Positions 1 to 10,884 of a stretch of DNA of 64,000 nucleotides are shown here, piece after piece. The position numbers were made by a program, and so were the translations under genes. Position 1 is the stretch's first letter. The number at the start of each line of letters is the position of its first letter. Origin of the DNA: Scyliorhinus canicula (taxonomy: Eukaryota); assembly GCF_902713615.1 (NCBI RefSeq), contig NC_052172.1:11636185-11700184 (forward strand). The letters run 5' to 3'. The notes below the pieces were generated by a model. It was not told the origin of the DNA. It did not search any database and saw only the letters and a program-made list of their open reading frames with translations.

Positions 1-311
1 GGCGGTTGCTCTGGGGACGGGGGTGGTGAAGGCACCAGCCTGGCGAAACTGAGGGGTTGAAAGTTAACGCTGAGCCATGCAGAAACACAAGGCCCTGGGA
101 TTCAGCCTGCCTCCTTCAGCTGCCTGGTGGAGTGGAGCTAAAACAGGAGCTACAGGACATGAAGGGGATGTTGAGGGTATGCGTGGGGAATTAGCATTCA
201 GTATTGGCTGGAAGGTTACAATTCTTGTAAAATGTTGAATTTAATGATGATTGCGATGTACACCGGCACCAATGTGTTCATTCTGTTCTGGTTTCTCTGT
301 AGCTCCTAGGA

Positions 312-692
312 ATGACTTCGCCTGTGATGGTCGTGCGTCTTCCCCGGGGTCCTGATGGACAGAGCCGAGGCTTTGATCCGACATCCCCACGGTACCATGC
401 CCTCGCACCTTCCTCAATCCAAGCTTCAAACAACTGCTGTAGTTCCAACTTCGGGGAGGAGCAACGGTCGCGGTCTGGCCTTCGGGAACGCTTCCTGCGC
501 ACTCTGATCGCAATGGTGGGCAAGCCGGTAGACTTCACCATGTACGAGAGGGTCTCTGTCACTGCGGTGTTTGCGGCTTCGGACATAGACATCCTAAACT
601 TCCAGGTGTCCCATTTGCAGACGCCATTGGGCGTTCAGAAGGAAGCGCTGCTTCGATGTCCAGACATCATTGCCTATGCCTTTGACCTTTAA
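312..692 (+). CDS. GEMIN7: Gem-associated protein 7 (SMN complex, Sm-like fold), complete single coding exon, 126 aa
   Basis: VVRLPRGPDG..RGF, LRERFLRTLIAMVG, FAASDIDILNFQVSHLQTPLGVQKEALLRCPDII match vertebrate GEMIN7. A splice acceptor (tttctctgtag) ends at 302, just before the ATG. Confidence 0.95.
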   Translation: MTSPVMVVRLPRGPDGQSRGFDPTSPRYHALAPSSIQASNNCCSSNFGEEQRSRSGLRERFLRTLIAMVGKPVDFTMYERVSVTAVFAASDIDILNFQVSHLQTPLGVQKEALLRCPDIIAYAFDL

Positions 693-945
693 CCCGGCTA
701 TGCTGCTTGCAAGAAGGGAGATTATAACCCTATTGGATGTTCGGGTCCACTCCGGGTAGGGTCTGGCTTCATTGGCAAGGCCACGAGAAGCAAGCATCAA
801 GGTTTTCCCTTTTCCCTTTGTTCTCAGTTCAGGATTTGCTGGCTGTGGCTGAGTTGTGTACCAAGTTCACTGGTATTGTTTATCGTTACAAACTGATCTC
901 TTCAGTAAAGTCTCTTGGCAATATGCTATACTGTACTGAAAAAGC

Positions 946-951
946 AATAAA
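946..951 (+). terminator. GEMIN7: Polyadenylation signal of GEMIN7
   Basis: AATAAA about 250 nt after the stop codon. Confidence 0.65.
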
Positions 952-1256
952 GGTTTGGATTATATGCGCACACTTTTGAAGTTGCAATCACAGCTCCCTC
1001 ATTTTTACTCTCTTAAAAACCGAGACCCCAATACCATCTCCTACTTGTCCAGGACGTCAATACTGGGGACTCCTTGCTGCTTTAAGTCCTTGCTCCTTCT
1101 ACAACACTACGGGTTATGAAACAACAACCCCACCTGCACCTTTAACATAATAAAACCTCAATGCGAGCAGAATTTGATACTGACGCACGCCAGGCATTAT
1201 TAGGTCATGACCAAACGCTTGGTGAAAGAGGGAGCTTTTAGACGTGCCCTAAATGA

Positions 1257-1472
1257 AGGGCGGCACAGTGGTTAGCACTGCTGCCTAAAGCGCTGAGGCC
1301 CCAGGTTTGAATCCCGGCCCTGGGTCACTGTCCGTGTAGAGTTTGCATATTCTCCTCATGTCTGCGTGGGTTTCACCCCCACAACCCAAAGATGTGCAGG
1401 ATTGGCCACGCTAAAATTGACTCTTAATTAGAAAAAAAAAATTATTGCGTACTCTAAATTTATATTTAAAAA
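1257..1472 (+). mobile_element. V-SINE (HE1-like), short A-tailed variant
   Basis: tRNA-like head with A/B boxes, V-domain (gtgtagagtttgcatattctc...ctgcgtgggttt), A-rich tail. Confidence 0.8.
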
Positions 1473-1616
1473 AATAGACATCCCCTAAAATAGTTAAGAG
1501 CAGCGGTTGACGGAGGGAATTCCAAAGCTCGATGACTTGGCAGCAGAAGGTGTGAGTCGTGGAGCCATTGAGATCGGGGTTGCTCAAGAGGCCTGAATTC
1601 AAGGAGTGCAGAGATC

Positions 1617-1945
1617 AGCACAGTGGTACAGTGGTTAGCACTGCTACCTCACAGCTCCAGAGTCCCAGGTTCAATTCCAGCCTTGGGTTGTCTGTCTGGA
1701 GTTTGCACTGTCTCCCTGTGCCTGCGGGGGTTTTTTCCGGGGGCTCCGGTTACCCTCCACTGTCCAAAGATTTGCAGGTTAGGTGTATTGGCCCTGCTAA
1801 ATTGCCCCTTAGTGTCCAAAAGGTTAGGTGGTGTTGCTGGGTTATGGGGATAGGGTGGCCGTGTGGGCTTAGGTAGGGTGCTCTTTCCAAGGGCCGGTGC
1901 AGACTCGATGGGCCGAATGGCCTCCTTCTGCAGTGTAAATTCTAT
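1617..1945 (+). mobile_element. V-SINE (HE1-like) with CR1/HER1-type tail
   Basis: tRNA head, V-domain, tail gggccgaatggcctccttctgcagtgt. Confidence 0.85.
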
Positions 1946-2310
1946 GGGTAGTGGAGGCTAGCGGAGTTAACATGGGGATGAAGCAAAGCCATGGAGGGGT
2001 TTGAAAACAAGGATGTGAATTTTAAAACGGAACCATTGCTTAACTGGGAATCATCAGAGACCAGGGAGCACAAGGGTGATGGGGGAAAAGAGAGCTGGTG
2101 TGAATTCAGACATGAGCAGCAGGGTTTTGGATGACACCAGGTTTCCAGAGAGTAGGACCTGAGTGGCTGTCCAGGAGTGAGTTGGAATGGTGGCAACACA
2201 GGAATGGATGATGGTTTCGACTGTGAGTGAAGCTGAAATGGGGGTGAACATAGAACATACAGTGCAGAAGGAGGCCATTCGGCCCATCGAGTCTGCACCT
2301 CACTTCCACC

Positions 2311-3114
2311 TGTAGCGATCTCAGATGGCCACCTGCAAAGAACCATGGGAATTATGGCCAACCCACGACTCAGACAGAATCAGAGCCTGTGTGTGTATTT
2401 GCAACCCAGATAGCTAGACACGATCAAAACCCCCCGCTCGTTTTCATTCTAATGGCCCATTTCCCCAGAACAAAAGAACTACTCGGGTAACCAATACAGA
2501 TATAGACTAATCGGCGCCACTCCCTTTACTCAGCGAGCCCAAACAGCCACGGTCAATGACCGCTAAGGACACGCCCAGCCATCAAGGCACCCGCCCCTTT
2601 ATTGGCCAAAATCGAAGGCAATGATTGAAGCCTGTCGAATTATTGGGTCCAAGTTAAGGACCGCCCCAAAGAGCATGAAATCCCAGAGAGATAAGAAGAG
2701 ACAGCCATGTGCTCGGTCTCTCTTGGATCCGCCCTATGCCAACCCAAGTGCAGCACAACGACCAGACAGACAAGTTCAAGACCAACGATCACTACCAGAC
2801 AGATGAGCCCAGCAGAAACAGAGCCACCTCTTCCATCCAGCCATGCAAGACCCGGACAAAGGCCTCAGCCTTGTCCCATAGCATTGAGCTGATTGCCCCG
2901 AAGTTAAGTATATATTATTGTAGTTGTTAGGTGTAGTTTAACTTGTATTGTTTTGTGTTTCATGTCGAAGTAATCCTTGTGTGTAAAGAAACCACCTTTG
3001 AACTTGAACTGACTAATTGGTTGTGTGGTCCTTTGATCGATATCCGGTAAAGCCTTGTGGTGGTATCATTTGATACCTGGCGACTCTAAAGAGCATCGTT
3101 ATTAATTGGCAACA
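2311..3114 (+). mobile_element. 5' LTR of the ERV-like element
   Basis: Begins TGTAGC and ends GCAACA (imperfect terminal inverted repeat, TG...CA). It interrupts a SINE tail fragment (2247-2310) and is followed by a PBS. Confidence 0.75.
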
Positions 3115-3118
3115 TTAT

Positions 3119-3132
3119 TGGTGACTCTGGTG
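3119..3132 (+). promoter_or_regulatory. Primer-binding site complementary to tRNA-Arg(TCT) 3' end
   Basis: TGGTGACTCTGGTG, 4 nt after the LTR end. The recalled vertebrate tRNA-Arg(TCT) end ...CACCAGAGTCG-CCA gives TGGCGACTCTGGTG (one C>T difference). Confidence 0.7.
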
Positions 3133-3445
3133 CCGATTGAACTCCGAAAGAACCCACAAACTTTGAAATCCAATTGCGTGAAAGAGAAAGAACCACAAGT
3201 GCAAGCCCATATCGACCAAATCACCGAATTTCGGAAGTGTGCACTAACCTGCGTGCGTACTAACGGGGATATAAGGTAAACTCTTTCGATTGTGTCAAAA
3301 CTATCGAGGGAATTGTGAACCGGAAAATAGCTTCGGCCATACCCGCAGTTCAAATCTCCGCCTTATCCCCCTGTCCCAAAATAATGATAGGAAACAGAGA
3401 TTAACAGTAGGAAAAGAGATATTGGAAGGAATTGCCACAAAAGCG

Positions 3446-5120
3446 ATGGATCGGTTACTGAACCCACAGGAACCCGAGGTTGAAGCGACCAACAGAGCAG
3501 AGCAGTGCCCCATATTGGAAGAAGAGTTGAGGAATTATTTAAAGGGGAAAGGATGGCACCTTTGCTCCGATTTTTGTTCAAATGAAGAGTCAGGTTCAAG
3601 AAGCATAGGACAAAATTGGTAGGGCAACCTAACCGAGGTACGTAAGAAAAATGCAGCAAAAGTGCGAAAGCATTAGTGTCGTGTTGGGCACTGTTGCGAG
3701 GCACAGAGGAGGTCGTGAGGACGCTCCGCAGGCAGCTAGTTGAGAAAGAGGAGAAGAATGAGGGAAACAATAGTGAAAGTAAAAAGATTATTGAGCAACT
3801 CCGGGAACAGTTGGCAGCTAAAGATAAAGAGATGGCTGATGTCAAACGGGCACACCAATCTTGTTTAGTTCAACTTAGCAGCTTTCAGACCCAGTACGAT
3901 AAAGCCTACCATGCACAGCGTGCAGTCTTGGTACGAAAAGAGACAGAACAGCAGGTAGCACAGTTAACGAGTCAATGCGCAGATTTAAAGGCAGCTTTAC
4001 GAGCGCTCCATAGCTCCACTACAGAACAAAGACAGCACAGTAGACCACGCTAAATGTAGACAACAAATTGAGAAGTTGCAGCCACTGCTTTCAGTGCAAA
4101 ATGGATTTGGGTATACTTTCGGACAAAATTTAGATGAGGAAGGTGCCTCCAATTGGCAAGAACTAAATGAAACCGCCCAGAGAGAGATATGTGGAGGACA
4201 CAGAAAATCACAATAGAGCCCCCCCCCCCATGCCCAAAAAGGAAAGCACCCGCACCACCGACTGCACAGGCAGCACACACCCCCATGAATCCCGTCACCA
4301 CACAGCGCAAGCCATTGGATCGGGAAGAGCCAGATTGCATTTACACCACCCCATTATCCATCACCCATTTGAGATGCCTGTGGTGAAATTGGTCCATTCG
4401 GACCCACCGCAGACTCGCATAATTTCTTTGAGAGAGTATGCTAGCAAAAGGTTATGTACGGTCTAGACGAAAGGGAGGAAGTTAAAATGAGCTTTGACCA
4501 GTCCGTCAGCTCAGCTTTGCCAGAACCCCAGAATGTAGGAGGAGGAACCCGTACAGGAGATGAAAACGGCCATTTTAGACGCAATCGGGTACAACAAGGG
4601 AGACCTGTAGAAGGTTTAAACCGCTGTAGGCAAAAGAAGGGAGAGCATCCGACCCTATTTGCAGGTCGCCTTTGGATCCATTTTAAAGCAGTATTTGGGG
4701 ATTTGAACCGCGCACACTTAGATAACGACGACACAACTAAATGGTCCCGCACTTTAGTCTTGCAGGTCAAAAGGCTTACGACCCCGCAGACCACACACAC
4801 AATGAAGTGTGGGTGTTAAAGAGACTCTCCAGAGTTTGGGAACAATCCCTTCACAGGAAGGCAGATCAGGAGCAGGTCGAAGCAAATATGCACCCAGTTA
4901 GAACTAACCAGGACCCAGCATGGATAAATGAGGGGAGACATGATGGACAGCACCCCAGAGCACAGGCACCATGAGGCTGCTATAATTCTGGACACATGGG
5001 ACGTTACACACGCGAATGCCAACAAAAACCCCCCCGAACTAGCAACACCACCAACAACCTGGCCCCACACCTAGGAACAATGTTCAGCCCATACACAGTG
5101 TTAGCGCCCGTTCAGATTGA
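3446..5120 (+). pseudogene. Degenerate gag: N-terminal region, long coiled coil, capsid-like region, decayed CCHC zinc knuckle
   Basis: Fragmented ORFs 3290-3622, 3676-4053, 4189-4386, 4454-4819, 4741-4974. CRQKKGEHPTLFAGRL is MHR-like. CYNSGHMGRYTREC from 4978 is a decayed CX2CX4HX4C. Multiple stops and frameshifts. Confidence 0.7.
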
Positions 5121-8100
5121 CGATGTTCGGATTCCTCAACTTGAGTCTGGGACAAATCAGGCAGACCAGTAGTCACAGGTACAGTCCGGGGACATCCAGT
5201 AGAATTTCTTTGGGACACAGGAGGGTCCCACACCACTTTAAACTCCTCCACAATGTTCCAGCGTGACAAATGGCCCACCACAGACACCCTTATTGGATTT
5301 ACCAGACACGTACAGCAGGGATACATCACAGCCCCTGTAGATATTCAGATTGGAACCCCATAAACACCAGACACCCTGTTGTTTTAGTCGACTTGCCCCA
5401 AACAGCCGAACACATTCTAGGAATCGATTTTATGAGTTCCCACAACCTTTCCTTTGATCCCGTGAATAGATGTGTATGGAAAATGGCCAAAACAGTGAGA
5501 GCCCCCGCTACGCTTACAGGAGGAGACTATGAACATAGGATTTGCTCAGTAGGAGACTATTGGTTTGATCCGCTAACAATTAGTACAGACCAGACAATTG
5601 GAGAGGTCCTCAGAAAAATAAAGCTTTCTTCACCTGGAAGATCCCAGGAATGGGCTCAATTTCAAGTCCCAATCCTAAGCCACAGAAGCAATACGGTTTC
5701 CCACAACAAGCCGAGGGTGAGATTTCAAAAGTCATCAATAGTTTATTAGATCAAGGAGTAATTCGGCCGGTTGCCTCAACAAATAATGCCCCAATTTGGC
5801 CCGTGTAAAAACCCAATGGTTCTTGGCGACTGACAATCGACTACCGAGAACTTAACAAGGTCACCCCTTTTGCAACCCCACCATTGCCATGAGTCCTGAG
5901 ACCATGCTCAAGCAGGGAGTACAGGCAAAGCACTTCACAGTGCTGGACATCAGCAATGGCTTCTGGTCCATCCCGCTAGACAGGACCTGTCAGTATAAGT
6001 TCGCGTTCACATTTCAAGGGCAGCATTATACATGGACGTGCCTCCCGCAAGGAGGCACAACTCCCCCTCCATTTTCCACCGACAATTGGCCAACGGACTT
6101 TACAAATTCTCCCGAATGCCTTATACAGAATGTAGACAACTTACTCCGACAGACAGACACAAAGGAAGAGCATGTAAAGCTTCTTTCGGAATTACTAGGT
6201 CTTTTGCAATCCATTGTATGCAAGGTCAACCCAAAAAAGCCCAGATCTTAAAAGAAAAGGTCCTTTATTTCGGCACCATTATCACCCACGGGAAGAGAGA
6301 GATCGAACAGAAGTGAATTGTGTCAATAGTTAAATTGCCCCTGCCCCACAATATCAGTGTATTCCGGTCATTCTTACGATTTGTTAGATATTGTAGGAAC
6401 CATATAGATTGTTTTGCCACAAAAGCAGCCCCACTCTCGGAACTCCTTAAAAAGAACGCCCCATGGGAATGGCTTCCTCAGCACACAGACGCTATCAATG
6501 AATTAAAACACTCCCTAGGCACAGCCCCCGTTTTGCAAGTTCTAGACCCACACTCTCCCTCTGCCACAGAAGTAACAACCACCGACCGAACCCTATCAGC
6601 AGTACTCCTACAGGAAAGACATGACTGCTTGGGACCCGTAGCCTATGCCTCACAAATTTTGGATCCCGTAGAGCAAGGATTTACAGCCTGCGAACGGCAC
6701 TTACTAGCAGTCTTTTGGGCAGTGCAGTATTTTGCATACATCACAGGCCTTAACCCAGTAATGATTTTAACCGTGCACACCCCAACACAGCTATTGTTAG
6801 ATGGTAGGTTAAAGGACGGTTCAGTCAGCCAGATCAGAGCAGCTCGCTGGACACTGTTGTTACAAGGAAGGGACATTACAGTCAAACGTATAAAGACCCA
6901 CACATTTCGAGCAGGGACCCCACATGAGTGCCAGATCATAGCAGCCCAACACCACACAGGATCCTTTATTCCGAAGTCACTGCACACACGAGCAGGCAGT
7001 AAAACGCAGAATCCACACACCATAGACAACGCTTTAAAGATTTATGTAGACGGTTCCTCCACCATTGAAAATGGAAAGAGAATAACTGGTTGTGGAATTT
7101 ATGTAGAAGACGCACAGGGAGGCGCTTTGGAAGAAATATCTTTAAAATTACCTGGCTATCTAGGGTCACAAGCAACAGAACTAGCAGCCATAGCAAATGT
7201 AGTGCAGCACCCCAATTCCTTTCCAACCCCTGCAGACATATATTCGGACAGTTTATATGTGTGCAATAGCTTGACAGAATTCCTGCCCCTGTGGGAATCT
7301 CGAGGAAATGAAATGAAAATCGCTTATTGTCACAGGTAGGCTTCAAATGAAGTTACTGTGAAAAACCCCTAGTCGCCACATTCCAGCGCCTGTTCAGGGA
7401 GGCTGGTACGGGAATTGAACCGTGCTGCTGGCCTGCCTTGGTCTGCTTTCAAAACCAGCGATTTAGCCCATTCATATCCGCTGATGGTAAACCCCTACCC
7501 TCAGCCCCATTGTTGAAGCATATTCTTAGAACAGCAAAAGACCGCCTGTATGGTATAATCAAAGTGAGAAGCCATCATCGTTCCTCCCCACCCGGTAATG
7601 TAAAGGCAGACGCCTTAGCTAAGTCAGGATCACGCCACGGTCACTTTTGACAATCCCCCGAAAGTGAACCGATTCACGCAGTCCAGGTTTCTCAGACCAA
7701 TATCGAGGATCTATCCCAGGCCCAAAAGGCAGACGACACTCTCAAACAAGTTTTAGACGGTATCTTCCCAGCCCCCTACGACAAATGCAAGGACTCACTG
7801 ACGGTATAGTTTTTAAAAATTGAATTTGTGTGGTCCCCACCCAGGACAGAAACCAGAAAATTTACCAGTTTCACGACAGACACAGACATCAGGGGATAGA
7901 CAATACCATTGGCCATTTAAAACCTTTGTGTTGGTGGCCCGATTTAAAAGCAGATGTCACGCATTATGTTGAGAATTGTTTCATCTGTGCACAGAACAAT
8001 CCTGAAAGGTACTCCGAGAAGGGACAATTGACACACACCAGACCTGTTAATGGGCCTTGGACAAATTTGCAACTCGACTGCATTGGTCCCCTCCCACCTT

Positions 8101-8235
8101 GCAGAAATGGTTTCAAATACGTATTAGTGGTAATCGACACCTTTACAAAATGGGTAGAAGCATTTCCCTCACGGACAAACACTGCAAAGGCCACAGCTAA
8201 GATTTTGACCCAACAGATATTTACATGCTGGGGAC

Positions 8236-8269
<34 letters not shown>

Positions 8270-8640
8270 ACAGCATTGAGTCAGACCAAGGTTCCCATTT
8301 CACCGGCAGAGTCATGCCCTCACCCATGAAAAAGCGGTCCAACAAGTCACAGACAATATTAAAGCAGCACAGCTCGCTACAGCTGTCCGCACTTTAGGCA
8401 CTAGAAGGAAGCAGAGTAAGGCCTGCTTTGACAAAACCATCCACCCTCCAGAGTATACAGTCGGTCACCAAGTAATGGTTTCCCTTTACAATCCCAGTTC
8501 TTTCCTCTCCCCCAAATTTGCAGGACCCTACACCATTACAGACAAAGAAAGCCCCTCTGTGTACAGATAACGTACCCCAATGGTAAAACTGGTTGGTTCC
8601 ACATCAACCAGCTCAAAGTCTATGGAACCCAATGTAGCCA
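5121..8640 (+). pseudogene. Degenerate pol: protease, RT, tether (degenerate RNase H), RNase H, integrase
   Basis: PR FLWDTGG (D at 5214). RT WRLTIDYRELNK, LDISNGFW, LPQG, and NVDN at 6129-6140 (decayed YVDD). Tether PVAYAS..CERHLLAV. RNase H IYVDGS..ELAA..IYSDS..GNVKADALAK. IN with HHCC, PWTNLQLD.IGPLP, SDQGSHF and a GPY module. Confidence 0.92.
7307..7469 (-). mobile_element. tRNA-derived SINE inserted in the ERV RNase H domain
   Basis: Interrupts LWESRG|FISADGKP. Same family as 51834-52010 and 56659-56833. (CATTT)n tail. Confidence 0.85.
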
Positions 8641-9319
8641 CTCCCACCACATCTCCCTGGTAATAGCAGACGATTCCGTCCTGCCCATCGACAACCTAGT
8701 CCAACCCTCCCCCAGCCCTGACAGCACGTCCACGCCCACAGATGTGACCCCGCCTCTGCCCACAGATACGACCTTCCACCTTGAGCTTGACTCCAATGGC
8801 AGCGAACAGCCCGAATTGACCACGATCACTGACCACTGGTACAACCTCCCTGGCCCCAGTCACTCCCGCCCCCGGTGCCACGACCAAGACATGTTTGGCC
8901 CCCTATACCCCCTTCCACAACCACAGCCAGAGTCACCGCCCGACAACAGTAACTTGCCCTTCACTGCCACCGCCCCTACGCCTCATGATAAACAAACCAA
9001 TTTTTGGCACCGCGACAACTCTTGTAGACTGGCTAGACATGACGATTCGGATTCCACAACGGCCCACGCGGCCACAGCACAAAAATGGCAGACACGAATC
9101 TGGCAACCGACACATGGTGATGATTAGATTCTGACTCTGGTTATGGTAATCCTTTTACAACGCTTTTTGATACAGAACCCTGAGGTGTCCAGATGATGAG
9201 AAAAAGACGCTGCATGAGAATTACCATGCTGCGTTGGATCGTTCGTTACAAAGATAGAATTAGATAGTGTTGATGATGTTGCAGACGCAAACTCAGCGTC
9301 ATCTGATTTACTCTATTAA

Positions 9320-9645
9320 GGGCCGGCACGGTAGCACAGTGGTTATCACAATTGTTTCGCAGTGCAAGGGTCCCAGATTTGTTTCCCGGCTTGGGTCACT
9401 GTGTGGAGTCTGCACGTTCTCCCCGTATCTGCTTGGGTTTCCTCCGGGTGCACTGGTTTCCTCCCACAGTCCAAAGTGCGGGTTAGGTGGATCAGCCATG
9501 CGAAAATTGCTCTTAGTGTCCAAAAAGGTTTGGTGGGGTTATGGGGATAGGGTGGAGGTTCGGGCTTAGGTAGGGTGCCCTTCCAAGGGCTGGTGAAGAG
9601 TCGATGAACCGATTGACCTCCTTCGGCACTATAAATTCTATGAAA
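9320..9645 (+). mobile_element. V-SINE (HE1-like)
   Basis: tRNA head, V-domain, CR1-type tail. Confidence 0.8.
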
Positions 9646-9905
9646 GCTATCACTTTCTTGGCCCATATGTGAAAGGGGTGGAGGGAAGATAAAGGCAGAG
9701 TCTTGACTAATGAGAAAGCTGTTTGAAAGAACTGGCACCGGCATGATGGACTGAATGGCCCCCTGCTGTGTGATTCGCTCTCAGGGCTCCCTCACAGCAG
9801 AATGGCCCAAATGGCCAGTTTCTTCACCTTGCTTTGCAGCATTTACGCCTCTGACAGTGAATGTGGAGAAAGATAAGGTGGCACGTACGTGAGGGCTTTC
9901 GCATG

Positions 9906-10558
9906 GCAAAATGCTAGAATCTATTGTCAGAGACATCGTAACAAGGCACTTTAAAAAATGCATTATATGATTAAAAGGAGTCAACACAAATTTATTGAAG
10001 GGAAATTGGTTTGAGCCTTTTGAGGATGTAAATAGTGGCTCGATGAGGGATAATTGGTGAATGTATGTACGGGTTACGGACCCCTTATACGGCTTCTCAA
10101 AACCTGCAAGGATCCAAAAGCTGATTCCCACTCGAGAAACTACACTCCCTATCCGTCCGTCGCATCTGGGCTGTGGCGTGATGTTCTCCTTCTCTTTGAG
10201 CCCCGCCTTACTTATTCCATGCCAGGATATATGTCGCAGAAGCCGGCCTGGCCCGCCCCTCATCTCGTCCCGGGGCACAGAAATCAACCCGACCTTAAGT
10301 TCAAATTCATTATTAGCCCGTTCCACTCTCCCGCCCCCACCTCAGGATCCAAAACCCGGAAAATCCACAAATCTGGCCCACATTTGGCCGCAGGCGTCCG
10401 GAACACGTCAGGCCCCGGACTTCCCGGACACGGGAAGGTTTCCTGGACACTGGGTCCAGCCCCAGGCTTCCAGGACACAGGGCCTGTATTTAGATATTAA
10501 GGCACTCAAAAATGTGCCGCATAAGAGGTTAGAACAGAAGTTTAGGCACATGGAATTT
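9906..10558 (+). mobile_element. Old CR1-type RT fragment interrupted by an unidentified ~415 bp insert (10070-10485)
   Basis: Degenerate LES.VRD...F.EDV..VNV|YLDIKALKNVPHKRL resembles CR1 VD.VYLDF.KAFDKVPH.RL. Confidence 0.55.
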
Positions 10559-10559
10559 G

Positions 10560-10850
10560 GGTGACACAGTGGTTAGCACTGCTACCTCACAGCTCCAGGG
10601 ACGAGGGTTTGATTCCAGCCTTGATGACTGTGTGGAGTTTACACGTTCTCCCCGTGGCTGTGTGGGTTTCCTCCCGGACCTCTGGTTTCCTCCCAAAGTC
10701 AAAAGATGTGCAGGTTAGGTGGGTTGGCTGTTATCAATGTACGAGGTTACGGGTCTAGGATGGAGGAGTGGGCCTAGATAGAGTGCACTTTTGGAGGGTC
10801 TGTGCAAACTCGATGGGCTGAATGGCCTCCTCGTGCACTGTAGGGATGCA
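10560..10850 (+). mobile_element. V-SINE (HE1-like)
   Basis: V-domain and tail. Confidence 0.8.
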
Positions 10851-10884
10851 ATGGATTCATTTTTAGCATGTAATGAGGATTGTT

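Noticed and set aside
3061-3068. TGGTATCA as an initiator-Met PBS
   Set aside because: It is only 8 nt, resembles the plant-type rather than vertebrate iMet end, and lies inside the LTR. The Arg PBS at 3119 fits better.
8640-9320. env gene or 3' LTR of the ERV-like element
   Set aside because: No signal peptide, furin site, TM helix or repeat of 2311-3114 is visible; the element appears truncated.
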